Assembly (NCBI RefSeq): GCF_009914755.1
Contig: NC_060931.1
Source of the DNA: the human T2T-CHM13v2.0 reference genome, Homo sapiens
Direction: 5' to 3' (one strand)
DNA: 64,000 nucleotides
The position numbers and the translations under genes were made by a program. Below the pieces are notes generated by a model that saw only the letters and a list, made by a program, of their open reading frames with translations, searched no databases and had not been told where the DNA came from. This document shows, one piece after another, positions 45,928 through 59,927 of the stretch (within the stretch, counting starts at the first letter, position 1; each line of letters opens with the position of its first letter).

Positions 45928-46325
45928 TCCTGGAGTCTGAATGTGTCCGCCAAAATTCATATGTTAAAATTTTATGGCAAATGTGACAATACTAAGATGT
46001 GGGGCCTTTAGGAGATAATTAGGTCATGAGTGCTCCTCCCTCATGAATGGGATTAACAAGTCTTTATAAAAGAGGTTTCACAAGGAATCCAGCCCTTTTG
46101 TTTGTTCTTCCATCCTTTCTGCCATGTGAAAACACAGTGTTTGTCCTCTCCAGAGGCGGTGGCAATAAAGCATCTTCTTAGAAACAGAGAGCAGCCCTCA
46201 CCAGACACCAAAGCTGCCAATGCCTTGATATTGGACTTCACAGCCTCCAAAACTGTAAGAAAAAAATTGTTTTTCTAAGTTACCCTGTATCAGGTACTTT
46301 ATAGCAACACAAATGGACCAAGACA
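45928..46325 (+). mobile_element. MSTD/MLT1A-type solo LTR nested in the ERVL
   Basis: gtctgaatgtgtccgccaaaattcatatgtt...aaatggaccaagaca; TSD gagaa/gagac. Confidence 0.8.
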
Positions 46326-46543
46326 GAGACCATCCTTTAATACAAGACCATCCAGGCACTGGCTGATTATTCTGGATCTCTTCCATTTTTAAGGAGGCAG
46401 CTGTTCATACTGCCTGAGTTTGATATTTCTGGGAATGGGTTTATCTTTCTTACCCTGGCCATTAACACTATTCAAGGGCCCATAGAATGTAATTTATTAG
46501 CATGTGAAGCTGCATTACATTGCCTAATACCAAGGAACCCCTG

Positions 46544-46902
46544 TGTATTAGTCCATTTTCACAACTCTATAAAGAATACCTGAGACTGGATAATTTATAA
46601 AGGAAAGAGGTTTAATTGACTCACACTTTTGCATGACTAGGAAGGCTTCAGGAAACTTACAATCATGGCGGAAGGTGAAGGGGAAGCAAGACATGTCTTA
46701 CGTGGTGGCAGGAGAGAGACAGAGAGAGTGCACAGGAGAAACTGCCACTTTTAAATCATCAGATCTCGTGAGAACTCCCTATCACGAGAAGAGATTGGGA
46801 CAAACCAGCCCCAAGATCCAATCACCTCTCACCAGCTCCCTCCCTTGACACGTGGGGATTATGATTTGACATTTGGGTGGGGACACAGGTCAAACCATAT
46901 CA
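46544..46902 (-). mobile_element. MSTA/THE1D-type solo LTR nested in the ERVL
   Basis: Both termini present; perfect TSD ccctg. Confidence 0.9.
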
Positions 46903-47875
46903 CCCTGTTAAGGCAAAGAAGGTACAACAGTGGGCATATGAGATTCATTATTTCTTTCATATACTTCATTGCCTTGAAGCTGCTGGCCTATAGAATATTG
47001 AAGTCATTCAGCTTAGAAACAGCTCTAGGATATTGGGGAAACTTCAGGATGAGGTACATGTTTTGAAACATTACTAGTGCTGTGTCCCTAGTTGACAAAA
47101 TATGCATATCTGGAGACAAAGGATGAAAATAACAATGGCCTCCTACCATATCTCCCAGTGATCCACACTTGAGGCATTTATATTTTCCATTCCCTCAACT
47201 TTAGGCTCTGCTAGCCTAGAGGTTCCAGTTTCAGAAGAGGTGATGGGGGAAATCTTCTACCAAGACAAGAAATAATTTCCACCAAACCTAAAGTTATAGC
47301 TGCCACCTGGTCACTTTAGGCTTCTTATCCAAATGACTAGCAGGCAAAAGAGAAGTTACTTTGCTGGCAGAAGCAATTGACTATCCTGAGACGATAGAGT
47401 TACTATATCCACGTAATAGGGGCAGGTAGTATTATGTTTAAAACCCCACAGTATCCACTGAGATGCCTCGTATTGTCTCCACACCCAGTAATAATAATAA
47501 ATCGTCAACGGTAATAACCATGGCTTCATAAGAATGTAAAAATGTAAGGGCTGAAGCTCCTCAGAGATAAAGGCTTTGGTAAATTTTCTGGGTCAGTGGA
47601 CATGTTGGCCAAGGGTGAAGGGGATCTACAATGGGTAAGATGGAGATTGAATGGGATAGAAGGGAGATAATGAATGGAATAGAAGGGAGACGATGAATAT
47701 CAATGGTGGTCTCTGATCCAGCTGCAGCGGTGACAGCTGTAAATTGTACTATTTACTCTCCTATTGTATTCTCTCTTCAGAAATTGTGACTGTCCACCAA
47801 ATTGGAAAAGACATAAGAGGGCAGAATGAAATTAGTATGGCCCATGGGTGGATCTCTGTAGTGTAAGAGATGGAC

Positions 47876-48390
47876 TGTCACAGACACCTTTGGAGCTCCA
47901 CTCCTGTTTTCTTGCTTTTATGGTTGAAGTTCACACTGGCCTTACTTACATTGTCCAGGACAAATATTTCTTTGCCTGAGAGCTTTCTTTGCCATGGAAG
48001 CCTGCTTTGCCACCTATGTAGCTGGTTGGAAAGGCTATGGAATTATGTACTTTTTTATGGAATTATGTGGAATTAAGGGCTATGGAATTAATGTGCTTTT
48101 CTTCCTGGAAACAGTCTTCAATCAATGAGCATTCAGATTTGATATTTAGATACCCAGGTCCATCCCTCTTCCTGTCAGACATTTTTCAGGCCTTTGTTTT
48201 ACACTAGCCTTCAGAGTTTTCCAAGTAGGATTAAGCTCCAGTTGACTATAGTGGTAGTCAGTTTGATAACACACCATGTATTAGTGAGCCATGCCTTCTG
48301 ATTAACTTCCCACTTCCCTGTACCTCTCAAATACATTAATTGTCTCAAATCTTTGCTCAGTTTGCTTCTAGAAGAGCCCAAAAGAAGACA
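47876..48390 (+). mobile_element. LTR16-type ERVL 3' LTR
   Basis: tgtcacagacacc...ggattaagctccagttgactatagtggtag...cccaaaagaagaca. Confidence 0.7.
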
Positions 48391-48589
48391 GAATTTCATA
48401 ATACCATGAAATATGGAATATGGAAACAACCTAAATATACATTAGTAATAAATTATGACACAGTCGTATAATTAAAGCAATGATATAAACTTTTCTTCCT
48501 TGATGTGGAAATGTAATCTATATGTGAAATAAGATTACAAAAGTATATATTATTACATTTTTAGAATAAATAAAATATTAATGCTTATG

Positions 48590-48760
48590 TATGAAATATA
48601 TATTATATATTTACATATATTTAGTGTGTATTATATACTACATTTACACATATTTTGTATAGATATATATATACTTACACATATTTTATATGCATATATA
48701 TACACTATGTATAAATATATACACTATATATACTAAATATGTGTAAATATATATACACAT
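48590..48760. repeat. (TA)n/(TACA)-rich low complexity
   Basis: Seen directly. Confidence 0.85.
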
Positions 48761-49216
48761 GCTAAAATGTTAAGAGCAGCTGTAAAGGTTTTAGTTGTTT
48801 TCTTTCTTTATTTGGAATTTTTAATTTTCCCTAGTGAATATGTATTAATTGTGCTGTGAGAAGTATTTAAAGGAAATGTGACAAGTGGACCATGTTAGCC
48901 TGTTCAGTTTTAAGTGTTGGAGTTTTGACTAGGGCATTAAGAAAATTAAATTTAATAAATAAAATACTGCCTGGCAGGATAAACATTAAAATAATCTTAC
49001 ATACTCCTAATAAAGTATACAACCTTCAAAGGATTATATATCATTTCACATGTATACATTTATATGGTGGTCTCAAGAGTTCAGAGACTCAAGGCCATTA
49101 CTTTGGGCATTTTGAAGAGCTCTTCCAGCAGTCTAACCTACCAGGCTTGACCAGCCAGAAAAGTCTTTTTAGGCAGGAAAACTGGAACTTCTTTTCAGCA
49201 TCTTTTCCATCCATCT

Positions 49217-49260
<44 letters not shown>
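49217..49260 (+). repeat. (CA)n microsatellite
   Basis: About 22 units with one interruption. Confidence 0.95.
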
Positions 49261-50026
49261 GTCACAGCTCTTCCTCTCATTCTTTACTTTTTGCTGAGTT
49301 AATCTCTAAACAATTATTAGGTTTGGAGTCTCAGACACATTAATTACCCAGAAGGCAGAATCCACTTAGTGGACAAGTCTCTCTCCCTAACGATCTTATT
49401 TTATTAGATTTGCACTTCTGATGGGAAAACAAGTTCCTGTGTTGAGTTTTGATTTATCTGACTTTGTGTTTATGTCATACCTGTTTCCGACAAGCCTGAT
49501 AATATCTGAGTCTTCTAGTCTTTCTTCAGGGTGCTTTTGATTGCATTTAAAAAAATCATAAACCAAATTACAAAATGTTGGAATTTTTTTTAGTAAGAAA
49601 TCTTCTCTGAAATTTCTTAACAAGGAAGTAATAGGAGGGAGTATAAGTAGACCATACATTGTGAAGTGAATAAAGCGTACATTGTGCAGTGAATGTTTTG
49701 CTCTAGCAAAAACACTTCATAATGTACGCTTTATTCACTTCTCTCCACCCAAATTCCATTCCCATTGGCAGCCCAAGTCTCCTCTCTACCCTCTTCCTCT
49801 CACGCTTGCACTCAAATACACTCTCTACCCCACCTACTCTTTGATGTCTGTCCCCACACCTTCCATGCCCTTCTCTTCCTCAGTGATACTTTCATGGCTT
49901 TTCCAGTGTAAAGCAATTCCAGTTCTAGCATTCTTTCAGATTTTCTTTTCTGCTGTATCCATCAAATCAGCAAAATCAGTGCCTAAGACTCAGCACTGAG
50001 GGTTGATGGGCTGGGAGAGGAGGTGA

Positions 50027-50066
50027 AAACAAACAAACAAACAAACAAACCAACAAACAAACAAAC
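50027..50066 (+). repeat. (AAAC)n microsatellite
   Basis: Seen directly. Confidence 0.9.
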
Positions 50067-51345
50067 CTGTTTTTGGAAAGCAGAATTGGAGAAAGGGACA
50101 TGAATTCATGTGCTTTTTTGTTTGTTCTTTAAGCTGGTTACAATTATCGATTTACATGTGCTCTATCATCCCATATATTGTACTTTATGTTTCTAGGTAT
50201 ATGAATAATGATGAGTTGAACTCTCTTCTGCAAATGCTTTCATACTCCTCCTCTGATTTTCAGGTGGTGGGAGGGAAGGTGCTCAACTGCAGCATAATTA
50301 TACTGTGCACCCATCAGCAAGTCTCCTCTTACAACCTTGGAACAACCCCAAGGAGTTTGGAAGCAGTGAAGCAAACATGAATTGGACCTAAATATACAAG
50401 CGAGAAAGCATTTATTTTTATTTATTTATTTCTTAAAGGATAGAGTTATTTAAATATCCTGGCACTATGAGAATTGTACATTTAAGAATCAAGAATTGGT
50501 AGATTGGAAGAAACTTTAAGAGGTCGTGCAGCCTACCTCTTGATTTAATTCTGATGCAAAGTAAGAATATTATTAAAATAAAACTTTCACAAAAACATAA
50601 AATGTTGTCAGAAGTATTATATTTCCATTTGCTTCAACTGTTAATCATGTAATGTTGTCAATATCAAACATAGACCTCATAGACCATGGTCTTCAAGTTA
50701 TATGTTAAGAAAAAGTTTTGAAAGTTAGTGTGATGAAGTTTAATGATTATTGTATAAATGCATGTATTAGAATAGACAGGTAAACTTAATACTTCTTAAT
50801 CCAGAATATTTTTTGAAGGTTCTTAAAATTGCAAACCCTTTACCTTGTTGAATGTAATTTGTCCTGATTCCCAATCCTACCTGCTCCTTTGGCTTAACTA
50901 CCAAATCAAATTGTCAGCCAAATATTACATTTGATCCTTTGCCTCTTCTCACAACTGGCAGCTCTTTCCTGACTTCCCTATTTCTGTCAATTTCACTATT
51001 ATCACAATAAACCAATCAGACATTTTTGTCCTGACCTCTCACATGCTTTTGGACTCTGGTAAGAATTAGCCCTTGTTAATAGCAGCCCAAATATAAACAA
51101 CCACAAATACAAGTTCATCTCCCACTTTCCCAGTGAAAAGACAAAAGGGCTATTTTGTCAGCATAAATATATAAATATTTGATACTACAGATAAAATAGT
51201 GAAAAGTTTGCTTAAACTATTTTATTAATTTAGTTACAAATACATTTAAAAAATCATGTGAAAGTACACCATTATTATTTAATCTGAAAATGTAACTTAG
51301 CAGATGTAGTGTTTAACAATCATTTTTACAGTTTCCATTTTTTAA

Positions 51346-51734
<389 letters not shown>

Positions 51735-51763
51735 CATCTTGAGACTTCTTCAAGGAAAAAGCA

Positions 51764-52194
51764 TAGAATTGACCTTTGAACAAGGCAGGGATTAGGAGCG
51801 CCAGCCACCGTACAGTCGTAAAGCCCCATGTAACTTTTGACTCCACCAAAACTTAACCACATATAGCCTACTGTTGACTGGAAGCCTTACTGATAACAAA
51901 AACAGTTGATTAACATGTTTTCTGTTGTGTATATTATATACTGTATTCTTATAAGAAAGTAAGCTAGAGAAAAGAAAATATTAAGAAAGTTGTAAGGAAT
52001 GGAAATATATTTACTATTTATTAAGTGGAAGTGAATCATCATAAAGGTCTCCATCTTCATTGTCCTCCCATTTAGTGCGCTGAAGAGGAGGATGGGTTGG
52101 TCTTGCTATCTCAAGTGTGGGAGAGGCAAAAGAGAATCAGCACATAAGTGGACCTGTGCAGTTCAAACCGATGTTGTTGGAGGGTCAACTTGTA
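51764..52194 (-). mobile_element. Tigger2a-like DNA transposon
   Basis: TIRs ttgacctttgaacaa / ttgttggagggtcaact; aagtggacctgtgcagttcaaacc. Confidence 0.8.
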
Positions 52195-52677
52195 TTTCAA
52201 AAGTTACATTGTTAAAAATATTTTTTCTGAAGACTAAGAGCCTCTATTCTTTGCTGTTTGCCTCAATTTGCTTTCCTGCAAACTTTCGTTTTTAACCCAG
52301 CAATATTCATAGAGCAAAGAGTAGTTATTTGCATTAATTTAATCAGGGACTGATCTGAAACTTAGATTATGTAGGCAACATTGGCTATCTTCTACAACGG
52401 AGATTAAATACTGACTATAGGAGGTAAATAGCCCTGTTTCTACAGGTCTTCTACAGGACCTGACAGTTATTTATTTAGCAACTGATCTTTAATGAATTTG
52501 CTGTTTCCAGGACAAAATACTTTTGTATTAACTATTTTAAGTATTTACTCAACCAAGATTTTTGTTAAAAATTGATATTGTTGCAGTTTCAGAACATGTA
52601 CTGGATTAGGTTAAGAAGTGAGCCAAGTTAAATAAAAAACAAAAAATGTGAAACAACAACAAAAACCAGTACAAGGA

Positions 52678-52704
52678 GAAAGAGAGAGAGAGAGAGAGAG
52701 AGAG
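52678..52704 (+). repeat. (GA)n microsatellite
   Basis: Seen directly. Confidence 0.9.
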
Positions 52705-53013
52705 AAAGCTAGAGCACCCAGATTCACTTTTCAATGTTACAAACACATGAATCTAGAGTATATATTTACAACACATATATGCAGAATTTTAGAGAGTCCA
52801 GGGGGCAAAAAACAGTTGGCCACAATGGTTTTAGCATTCCAAACTACTCAATTTTTGACAATAATTATAAAAATTAAAGCATATTTATCTGTTAAAAACA
52901 ACAAAGAAGAGGATGAGCATGAACAAGGATTTTGAAACCTTTAACATCTGTATTACTCTAATATTTTTATACTTACGTGCTTCAAAAAATGCTACAGAAA
53001 CAGAAATCTATGA

Positions 53014-53360
<347 letters not shown>

Positions 53361-54019
53361 AACCTGGGTTGTTCTTAATAAGATTATAATGTGGGAGCTG
53401 AGATGATTATATATAAAAGCTGCCAAAAGTTTCCTCCCTCCAAAAACACTGATATTGACTTATTATCAGTTTCAATTTTGTATTTTAGAAAAGGAGAAAG
53501 AAGCTGTTATTTATAATCCATTTGAATTATTCTACAATATAAAAGTGATATTTTATCAAGCAAAACTAGCCCTCAATTAGAAATTACTTCTTGTATTTTA
53601 ATCAGGGTATACTGTATCTATCAGTCAGAAACCTGAACAATTTATTTAAGACTCTATTTTATAAAACACAAACTGGTTAGAAGTTTAATATAATGGCTCA
53701 ACAGAGAAATTAACTCTCTAGGTTTGGTTACTGGTAATCTAAACTGATGAACCCAGAGATAATAAATTTATTTTGATGCTTTGCCGTTTTTCACAATGGT
53801 ACAATTCAATGAATATTTTTTCCAATGATACTATTCAATGACCTTTGGAAGACTATATTTCAGAAGTCTCTGTCTCAACTCATTGATCCACTTTGTGCTG
53901 ACCCTCTTGAAATCTGAGCATAATTTTTTAAGGCACCAAGCCGTGTTCTACAGAGATGATTGCAGTTGCAATATCCAAAACCACAAAGTATTCTATGACC
54001 ACTCAAAATAACAACAATC

Positions 54020-54170
54020 AACACAAGCCACCTACTATGAACTACATTCATTATCTCATTTATTCTCATAAAAACTTTATAAGGCAAGTAATACTTTTCC
54101 TGTTTTAACAGATAAAGCAATGGAGAGTCTTGAGAGGTTAATTGGCTTGCCAAGTACCAAATTCATGTTC
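54020..54170 (-). mobile_element. MIR fragment
   Basis: cattatctcatttattctcata...gagaggttaattggcttgccaag. Confidence 0.65.
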
Positions 54171-55355
54171 TATACATTGTGCTTATATATGTAAGGAAGT
54201 ATGGGGGTAAAAGATAGCTGCAAAGCATAATATTTGTTGTGTTTATTAAAATTCTTCTCTTTGCTACTAGATAATAAGCAAAAACATTTTTGTCCATTAT
54301 AGCTTCTAACACAGTGCCTTGCACATAGAAAAGGCTCAGTTGACATTTATGGAAACTCGATGTTGATGCTGGACTGAGAAAATAAATTTTTCAATATAAT
54401 TTTAAATAAAATAATATATATTGCTCTCATAGTTCACAACATTAAATAATTATGGACTTGTTCATTTTTATATATGTGAATACAATGTCATACAAAATTC
54501 TTAACATCTTTTTATAACACACACCTTTCAATATGTTAAAAATATTTGATTGTTCGGAATATAATATACATTATTGTTGGTGTCTGTATACATAAAACAT
54601 GGAGAAATATGAAATGTCAGTTCTACAGTGTTTCAGCTGTAGTTGTTAAATTATTTAAATTTAGCTTTCACTGAACACCAAATAGAGTGTGCATGACCAA
54701 GACTGTAATACTCTGCACATATTTTAAATAACTGATATTTGAAGTAACATAACTAAATTATCATACTAAGATTCTTTTCTCTTTGAAGATCGTTAAATAT
54801 TAAGGAATAATTGAAATTGTATTCACAAATTATAACAGTGAAAAAATTATGACAGTGAAAGAGATATGACATAACCAACTCTATCTTGCCTTTTACCTGC
54901 AAACTGCCCTTGGTTTTTCCGGGTCATGGGCCAAACTAACTTTGGGAGAAATTTGGTTGATAGTTTTAAATGATTAAAGCCCTTCCCCAAAATCTAAACT
55001 ACCTTTGTTAAACTAATAAAAGGCCACCAGGTTAGGAGAATGAGAAGGGTCTGAATTCATAGTTAAGTCTTTACCAGCCATTATTCTGGAGATAACAAGA
55101 TTTCCAACTTCCCCAATTACTCCTGTAAATACGATCACATTGTAGAACCTACGATTATCCTTTTGAGATGTCTTATCAGGCTTCTCTGTCTCTGATGACC
55201 AGATGGCTTCACCTGAACCTGTGACCTTTGACTCAACCAGTCCTGTAACCCCCAGCCAGAAGCAGACTTAGCACGCAAGAATCATTTTACACAACCCTAT
55301 GATTGCATCCCCAACCAATTAGCAGCACTCATTCCCTAGCCCCTCACTGTCAAAC

Positions 55356-56939
55356 TGTCAGAGGCATTGAAAACTAAGCAAGCCCATCTTGTAAGGTGGC
55401 TTGGTAAAATAAGGCTAAGACCTACTGGGCTACATTTTCAGGAGGTTAGACATTGTAAGTCACAGGATGAGGTAGGAGGTCGGCACAAGATACAGGTCAT
55501 AAAGACCTTACTGAAAAAACAGGCTGCAGTAAGAAGCTGGCCAAAACCCACCAAAACTAAGATGGTGATAAAACTGACCTCTGGTTGTCCTCACTGCTCA
55601 TTATACACTAATTATAATGCATTAGCATGTTAAAAGACATACCCACCAATACCACAACAGTTTACAGATGTCATGGCAATGTTGGGAAGTTACACTATAT
55701 GGTCTAAAAAAGGAAGGAACTCTCAGCTGCAGGTATTGCCCACCCCTTTTCCAGAAAACTCATGAATAAACTGCCCCTATTTAGCATATAATCAAGAAAT
55801 AACTATAGGTATTTTAGGCCAGCAGCTCAAGCCGCTGCTCTGCCTATGGAGTAGCTATCCTTTATTCCTTCACTTTTTAATAAACTTGCTGTTGATGTGG
55901 GATTTTTCTCAGGCCCTTCACTGGACTCATGGCTGGGGTGCCCACCTCAGCCCACCAAGCTCAGCCCCTTGTGGGAGGGAACACATAAATGAGCAAGTGC
56001 AGGATCTGGCCAGCCGCTCTGGGCACCAACACAGTAGCAAGCTCTGTACAGGGCCTGTGGCCAGACCAGGCATATCGCCTGGAGGGGAATGCAGTGGTGC
56101 CCAGGTGAGGATACCCACAACCTCGGAGCCCCAGATGGAATGTTACAGTGCTGTTTTAGTTCCACCATCTGCATTCCGATGGATAGCAGTGTGTTAGCAA
56201 CTCATTTGGCCTCTTGCCTCGTCATGTGGGTGGCTTCTCTCTGCCAGCATGGGCAAAGGGTCAGTGTGACAGACTTTTCTGGGTACTGCATTTGGTGGGT
56301 CCTGAGCGCTTGTCCAGTGTCTTAGAAGAATGAGGTCACATGAATGTTTGAAGGATGGTGAAGGCAGATAATTTTGTTGAGTGATGAAAATGGCTCTCAG
56401 TGGAGAGGGGAGCTGGAAAAGGAAGGAGGAGAGGGGATGGAAGGGCAGGTTGTCTTCTCTGAAGTCAGGTTGTCTCTTCCCCAAAGCCAGGCCATCTCCC
56501 CTCTACTGACTGAGTTTAGGGTCTTTATAGGCACAGGATGAGAAGTGTGTACCGATTGATTTGTGAGTATGCAAAAAAGGTTAAAGCAAAGACACTACTC
56601 AAAAGTGAGCAGGACAGAGTATAAAACCAATTAGGAATGGGTGGGTATAAGTAAAATAGAGGAAGGATGGGGATCAATTAGAGGAAAGCATGCCAAACCA
56701 GGAGGACAAGTCCTCAATCTGGTCTGAGAATTTAACTGCTAGTTTGGCTTTCAGGCTTCAGGCTGTCTTTGGCTTGGAGGTGGGCTTTCACCAGGGACCC
56801 ACCTCTATCTGCCTAGGCATTGGCTGCCTTCTGTTACTATCACTTTCACTTTACTCTATGGACCCACCCCAAATTCTTTCTTGTGTGAGATCCAAGAACC
56901 CTCTTTTGGGGTCTGGATCAGGACCCCTTTCTGGTAACA
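55356..56939 (+). mobile_element. MER41(B-like) LTR nested in LTR8
   Basis: tgtcagaggcattg...ggtcggcacaagatacaggtcataaagacc...ggacccctttctggtaaca; perfect TSD aaac. Confidence 0.88.
55893..56842 (-). mobile_element. LTR28/MER61-like ERV1 LTR nested in MER41
   Basis: Reverse strand starts tgatagtaacagaaggcagccaatgcctaggcagatag and ends gagaaaaatcccacatca; TSD ctgt/cttt. Confidence 0.72.
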
Positions 56940-56969
56940 AAACTGTCTTTGAAAGATCCTAGCCCCAAA

Positions 56970-57363
56970 TTTTATTTTATTTTCTTTCTTTCTTTCTTTC
57001 TCTTTATTTCTTTCTTTCTTTTTCTTTCTTTCCTTCCTTCCTTCCTTCCTTCCTTCTTTCTTTCTTTTTTTTTTTTTTTTTTTTGCAAGTTCTCACTCTG
57101 TCACCCAGGCTGGAATGGGGTGCTGTGATCACAGCTCATTGCAGCCTTGACCTCCTGGGTTCAGGGCACCCTCCTTTCTCAGCTCCCAGAGCAGCTGGGA
57201 CCAACAGCACACATTACCATGCCTGGCTAATTTTTGCATTTTTTGTAGAGATGGGGCTTTGCTACGTTGCCCAGCCTGGTCTTGAACTCCTGGGCTCAAG
57301 CAATCTGCCCACCTTGGCTTCCTAAGGTGTTGGGATTATAGGCATGAGCCACCTCATCCGGCC
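56970..57363 (-). mobile_element. AluJ-like with expanded (TTTC)n/(TTCC)n tail, inside LTR8
   Basis: Alu body 57085-57363; tail microsatellite 56970-57084. Confidence 0.9.
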
Positions 57364-57694
57364 ACCTTTAAATTTTCAACGAGGCTGATCAGAGTAATAA
57401 CAAAACTCCAGTCTCCCTCTTAGCTGGCTCTACATGTATTAAACTCTTTCTCTATTGCAATCCTTCTGTCCTGATAAATCAGCTTGATCTAGGCAACAAG
57501 CAAGATGAACCCACTGGGCAGTTACATAACTTGTTCATAAAATGGCTAAAATGCTTTCAATTTTTAAAAGTAAATCTCTTCTAATTGCAGACTATGTATC
57601 CAGATTTTAAAATACTACAGCAGTATTTTATTATAGGATATTATTGGAAATTTCCTTTTATCTGAGTATAGACTTTGTAGAAGGTTTTGCTTCT

Positions 57695-57905
57695 TTGTTT
57701 GTTTCTTTAATATGACCCCTGGAACCATTTGCAACAAAATTACCTAATGTTTTTGTGAAAAAAATGTACATTCTTAGACCTCCTGCGGAACTAGTAATTC
57801 AGAATTACTGAGTGCTGGGAGGTTGAACTCTCCAGTTTTTAAGAAACTACTTGGGTGAAGCTTATATCTCTAAAGTTTGGTACACTGAAGTTTGAGAAAT
57901 ATTAT
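57695..57905. mobile_element. MER5-type hAT-Charlie element
   Basis: aaaattacct...aattcagaatt...ctgaagtttgagaaatatt. Confidence 0.55.
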
Positions 57906-58428
57906 TCTAAATATTTGTAGCTCATATTTTATTTTTTTATTTGCACTATTTGTAGATCACATTGAATAACCGGTAGCTTTGCCTATCTTTAGTTTATTCT
58001 GTTCTGGAAACTAAGCTCAAGTCTAACTAACTTGCATTTATTAATCTATCTACTCTCTTTTAGTTTCAGAGGATGGTATTATCTCTTAATACCCATTCAT
58101 TTGTGTCACTGAGCTTTTAGTGCAAATATAGGATCAAAATTCAAGTCATCAGAATGCAATTTAGGATTTTTGGCTATATTTTCTTTCAGTTAATTTTTTT
58201 TTAATCTAGCAAGAACAAGCTGCTATTTTAACTTACTGCCTCATGTTTTCGTCTATTGATTTAGGAATAGAAGCAGAATTAATTTTTAGGAGGATACTGT
58301 TCTTCAATTTTGAAAAATTTACACACATGCCACAGACAGAAACATTTTAATAGACCTTTGCTTATGGAAAAGTAAAGCAAAAATGTAATTCTAGAAGGGA
58401 GAAATTTTAGTCAATTAGAAAATAAGAT

Positions 58429-58735
<307 letters not shown>

Positions 58736-59224
58736 AAATAAACTATTCTCCATAATAATGTAGACAGCAATCCTCACTGTGAACCAGAAGGAACCTCGGC
58801 AAATTTTTTAGACATCAATGGGATTTCACTATCAGCTGAGAGTGTTCCCTTTTTAGCATGGCAAGCTGTTTCCTGAAGCAATAGAGAGAAGCAAGACCAA
58901 GGAAAAATCTAGAAAGAGCCTCTCTGTAGAAAAGCAGAGCAATGATCTCTAATCACAATGCTATCAAATATTCCAGGCTAAATTTTCCTTTATAGCATTA
59001 AAATTTTCCTCACATCCACAAGATTCCAATAGTTTTCTTAATGCCATAGCCTGGTGTCTATTCTGCCTTGTGGATTCCCATAATGCAAAATGCCATTAAA
59101 AAAGGAACAGACCATGAGAAGTGGGCCTCCGAAGCACATGAAGCTTGGTATCATCAGAAAGATAAGGGGCAACAGTCAGGAATAATTGTTGGGACATTTA
59201 ATAAGTCCCTGGAAATTCCTAGAA

Positions 59225-59927
59225 ACATAATTTTTTTTTGAGTCTAAGATGCTATCATTTTAAGGTGCACCATTATTTTATTTGCTACAATGTAGAAAAC
59301 AATAACACTGCCAATTAAACTGTCATACAACAGTTTCATATAAATTAAATATTTATGTTATATTGAAGGAATACTTTTAGACTTGTTTAAACACAAATCT
59401 TTAAAAATTACATATCACTCTTGCATGTACATAAAAAATGAAAATATAGGCAATTAAATTAAGAGAGGTCTACAGTGTCTTTACATCAAGTCTGACTCTA
59501 CTGAGTCCCTTTTTGACTCAGAGTCATTAATATATTGTTTTTTTCCAGTAATAATGTAGTGATGCAGCCTGTCTTCAAAGACTGCTCTACTATTGACTCA
59601 GATTTTCTCCCAAGCCATTGATACTAGTTTTGAAGCTGATGCTTTTTAAATCTTGCTGTCAGACTTACGGGAAGGTTTTCATACAACAGGGCTCATATTC
59701 TTTCCTCAAATTATCCTTACATGTAAATGTTCAGAATGTCGAGATGATACATAGGCCAGTTATGCCACTGTGAATATCTACCAAGGTCACATGTGTAATG
59801 AACAAAGACAGCTATTTCTGCTGCTGGCTGGCAGTGATTTGCAAGATTTTGTTGACTGTAGGACATATCCTACTTCAATGATGTTAAAATGTGAACAAAT
59901 ATGCACTTCAGACTTTGTAAAATGTAG
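59225..59927 (-). mobile_element. Kanga/MER104-like TcMar-Tc2 transposon with transposase remnant
   Basis: tctaagatgctatcattttaaggtgcaccattatttta and gatgttaaaatgtgaacaaatatgcac ends; frameshifted minus-strand LRKEYE...SMAWEKI...IVEQS motifs. Confidence 0.65.

Larger units (their letters stand above)
44525..47875 (+). mobile_element. ERVL internal pol remnant (HERV16/ERV3-16A3-like)
   Basis: Decayed RT/RNaseH/IN-like DNA, e.g. ctagagcaagagagggctttgtagc, gggaccatataacttggcagatcc; ends at an LTR16-type LTR. Confidence 0.7.
54812..57526 (+). mobile_element. LTR8-family ERV1 solo LTR (outer element of the nest)
   Basis: tgaaattg...attatgacagtgaaagagat...gaacccactgggcagttaca; TSD taat/taac; own sequence 54812-55355, 56940-56970, 57364-57526. 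Confidence 0.8.

Noticed and set aside
48892-49302. 136-aa ORF with HT repeat
   Set aside because: Read-through of a (CA)n microsatellite.
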